From Okamejei kenojei (Eukaryota): a stretch of 64,000 nucleotides of DNA. The stretch's first letter is position 1, and each line of letters starts with the position of its first letter. The stretch spans positions 6,076,001-6,140,000 of the forward strand of contig CM069154.1 of assembly GCA_035221665.1 (NCBI GenBank), read 5' to 3'. The notes under the pieces were generated by a model. The model worked only from the letters and a program-made list of their open reading frames with translations. It was not told the origin of the DNA and searched no databases. The translations under genes and the position numbers were made by a program. Positions 63,646 through 64,000 of the stretch are shown here, piece after piece.

Positions 63646-64000
63646 TAAGATGGGTGATCTTTATAAGGAAAACTCTTTCCTTTCATTTCAAGAGTTACAA
63701 CAAACTTATGGACTACACAATAAAGAATATTTTAGATATTTACAAATCAGAAATTATGTTTCTGCAAATACACAAGAACTTAGAAATAGAAAGACAGAAA
63801 TTTTAGATGAATGCTTGAATAAACATCCAAATACGGGAAAAAATGATATCATATATATACAATATTTTATTGGAAAGTGATGTTCCATCAACAGAAATAC
63901 ATAGACAGTCTTGGGAAAATGAATTAGGCCAAATTATAAGACCAGAAATATGGGATGAAAGTTTACAACATATACATCATTGCTCGTTAAATGCTAAACA
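63646..64000 (+). mobile_element. L1 ORF2 C-terminal part, non-inverted, running off the window
   Basis: MGDLYKENSFLSFQELQQTYGL...FRYLQIR...WENELG is the segment that normally follows FKPSMMDKAF in L1 ORF2. Confidence 0.88.

Overview
Repeat-rich eukaryotic (vertebrate) DNA, probably from a cartilaginous fish (skate or ray), inferred from the tRNA-derived SINEs, CR1 families and Penelope remnants. One host gene can be reconstructed on the - strand: a type I membrane Ig-superfamily receptor. It has a signal-peptide exon (24115-24151), a CD300/pIgR-type V exon (11517-11837), an FcR/FCRL-like C2 exon (9617-9925), then stalk, transmembrane and two cytoplasmic exons, all phase-compatible over 334 codons. 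A divergently oriented paralog V exon starts at 58438 and is broken by an L1 with a 5' inversion. The middle of the window is a three-copy local duplication (~15.8-23.3, ~23.3-34.4, ~36.2-48.4 kb) around exon 1 and its upstream region; only one copy keeps exon 1. Mobile elements: a frameshifted HERO-like RLE non-LTR element; a deleted Gypsy element carrying a 47-nt tRNA-Leu copy and an extra PPT; many CR1 copies of three tail types; two L1s; Penelope, Rex1/Babar and Tx1 remnants; SINEs; and an intact DIRS1-type tyrosine-recombinase retrotransposon (50435-55282) nested head-on inside an older DIRS. All calls are by eye; no database searches were run.
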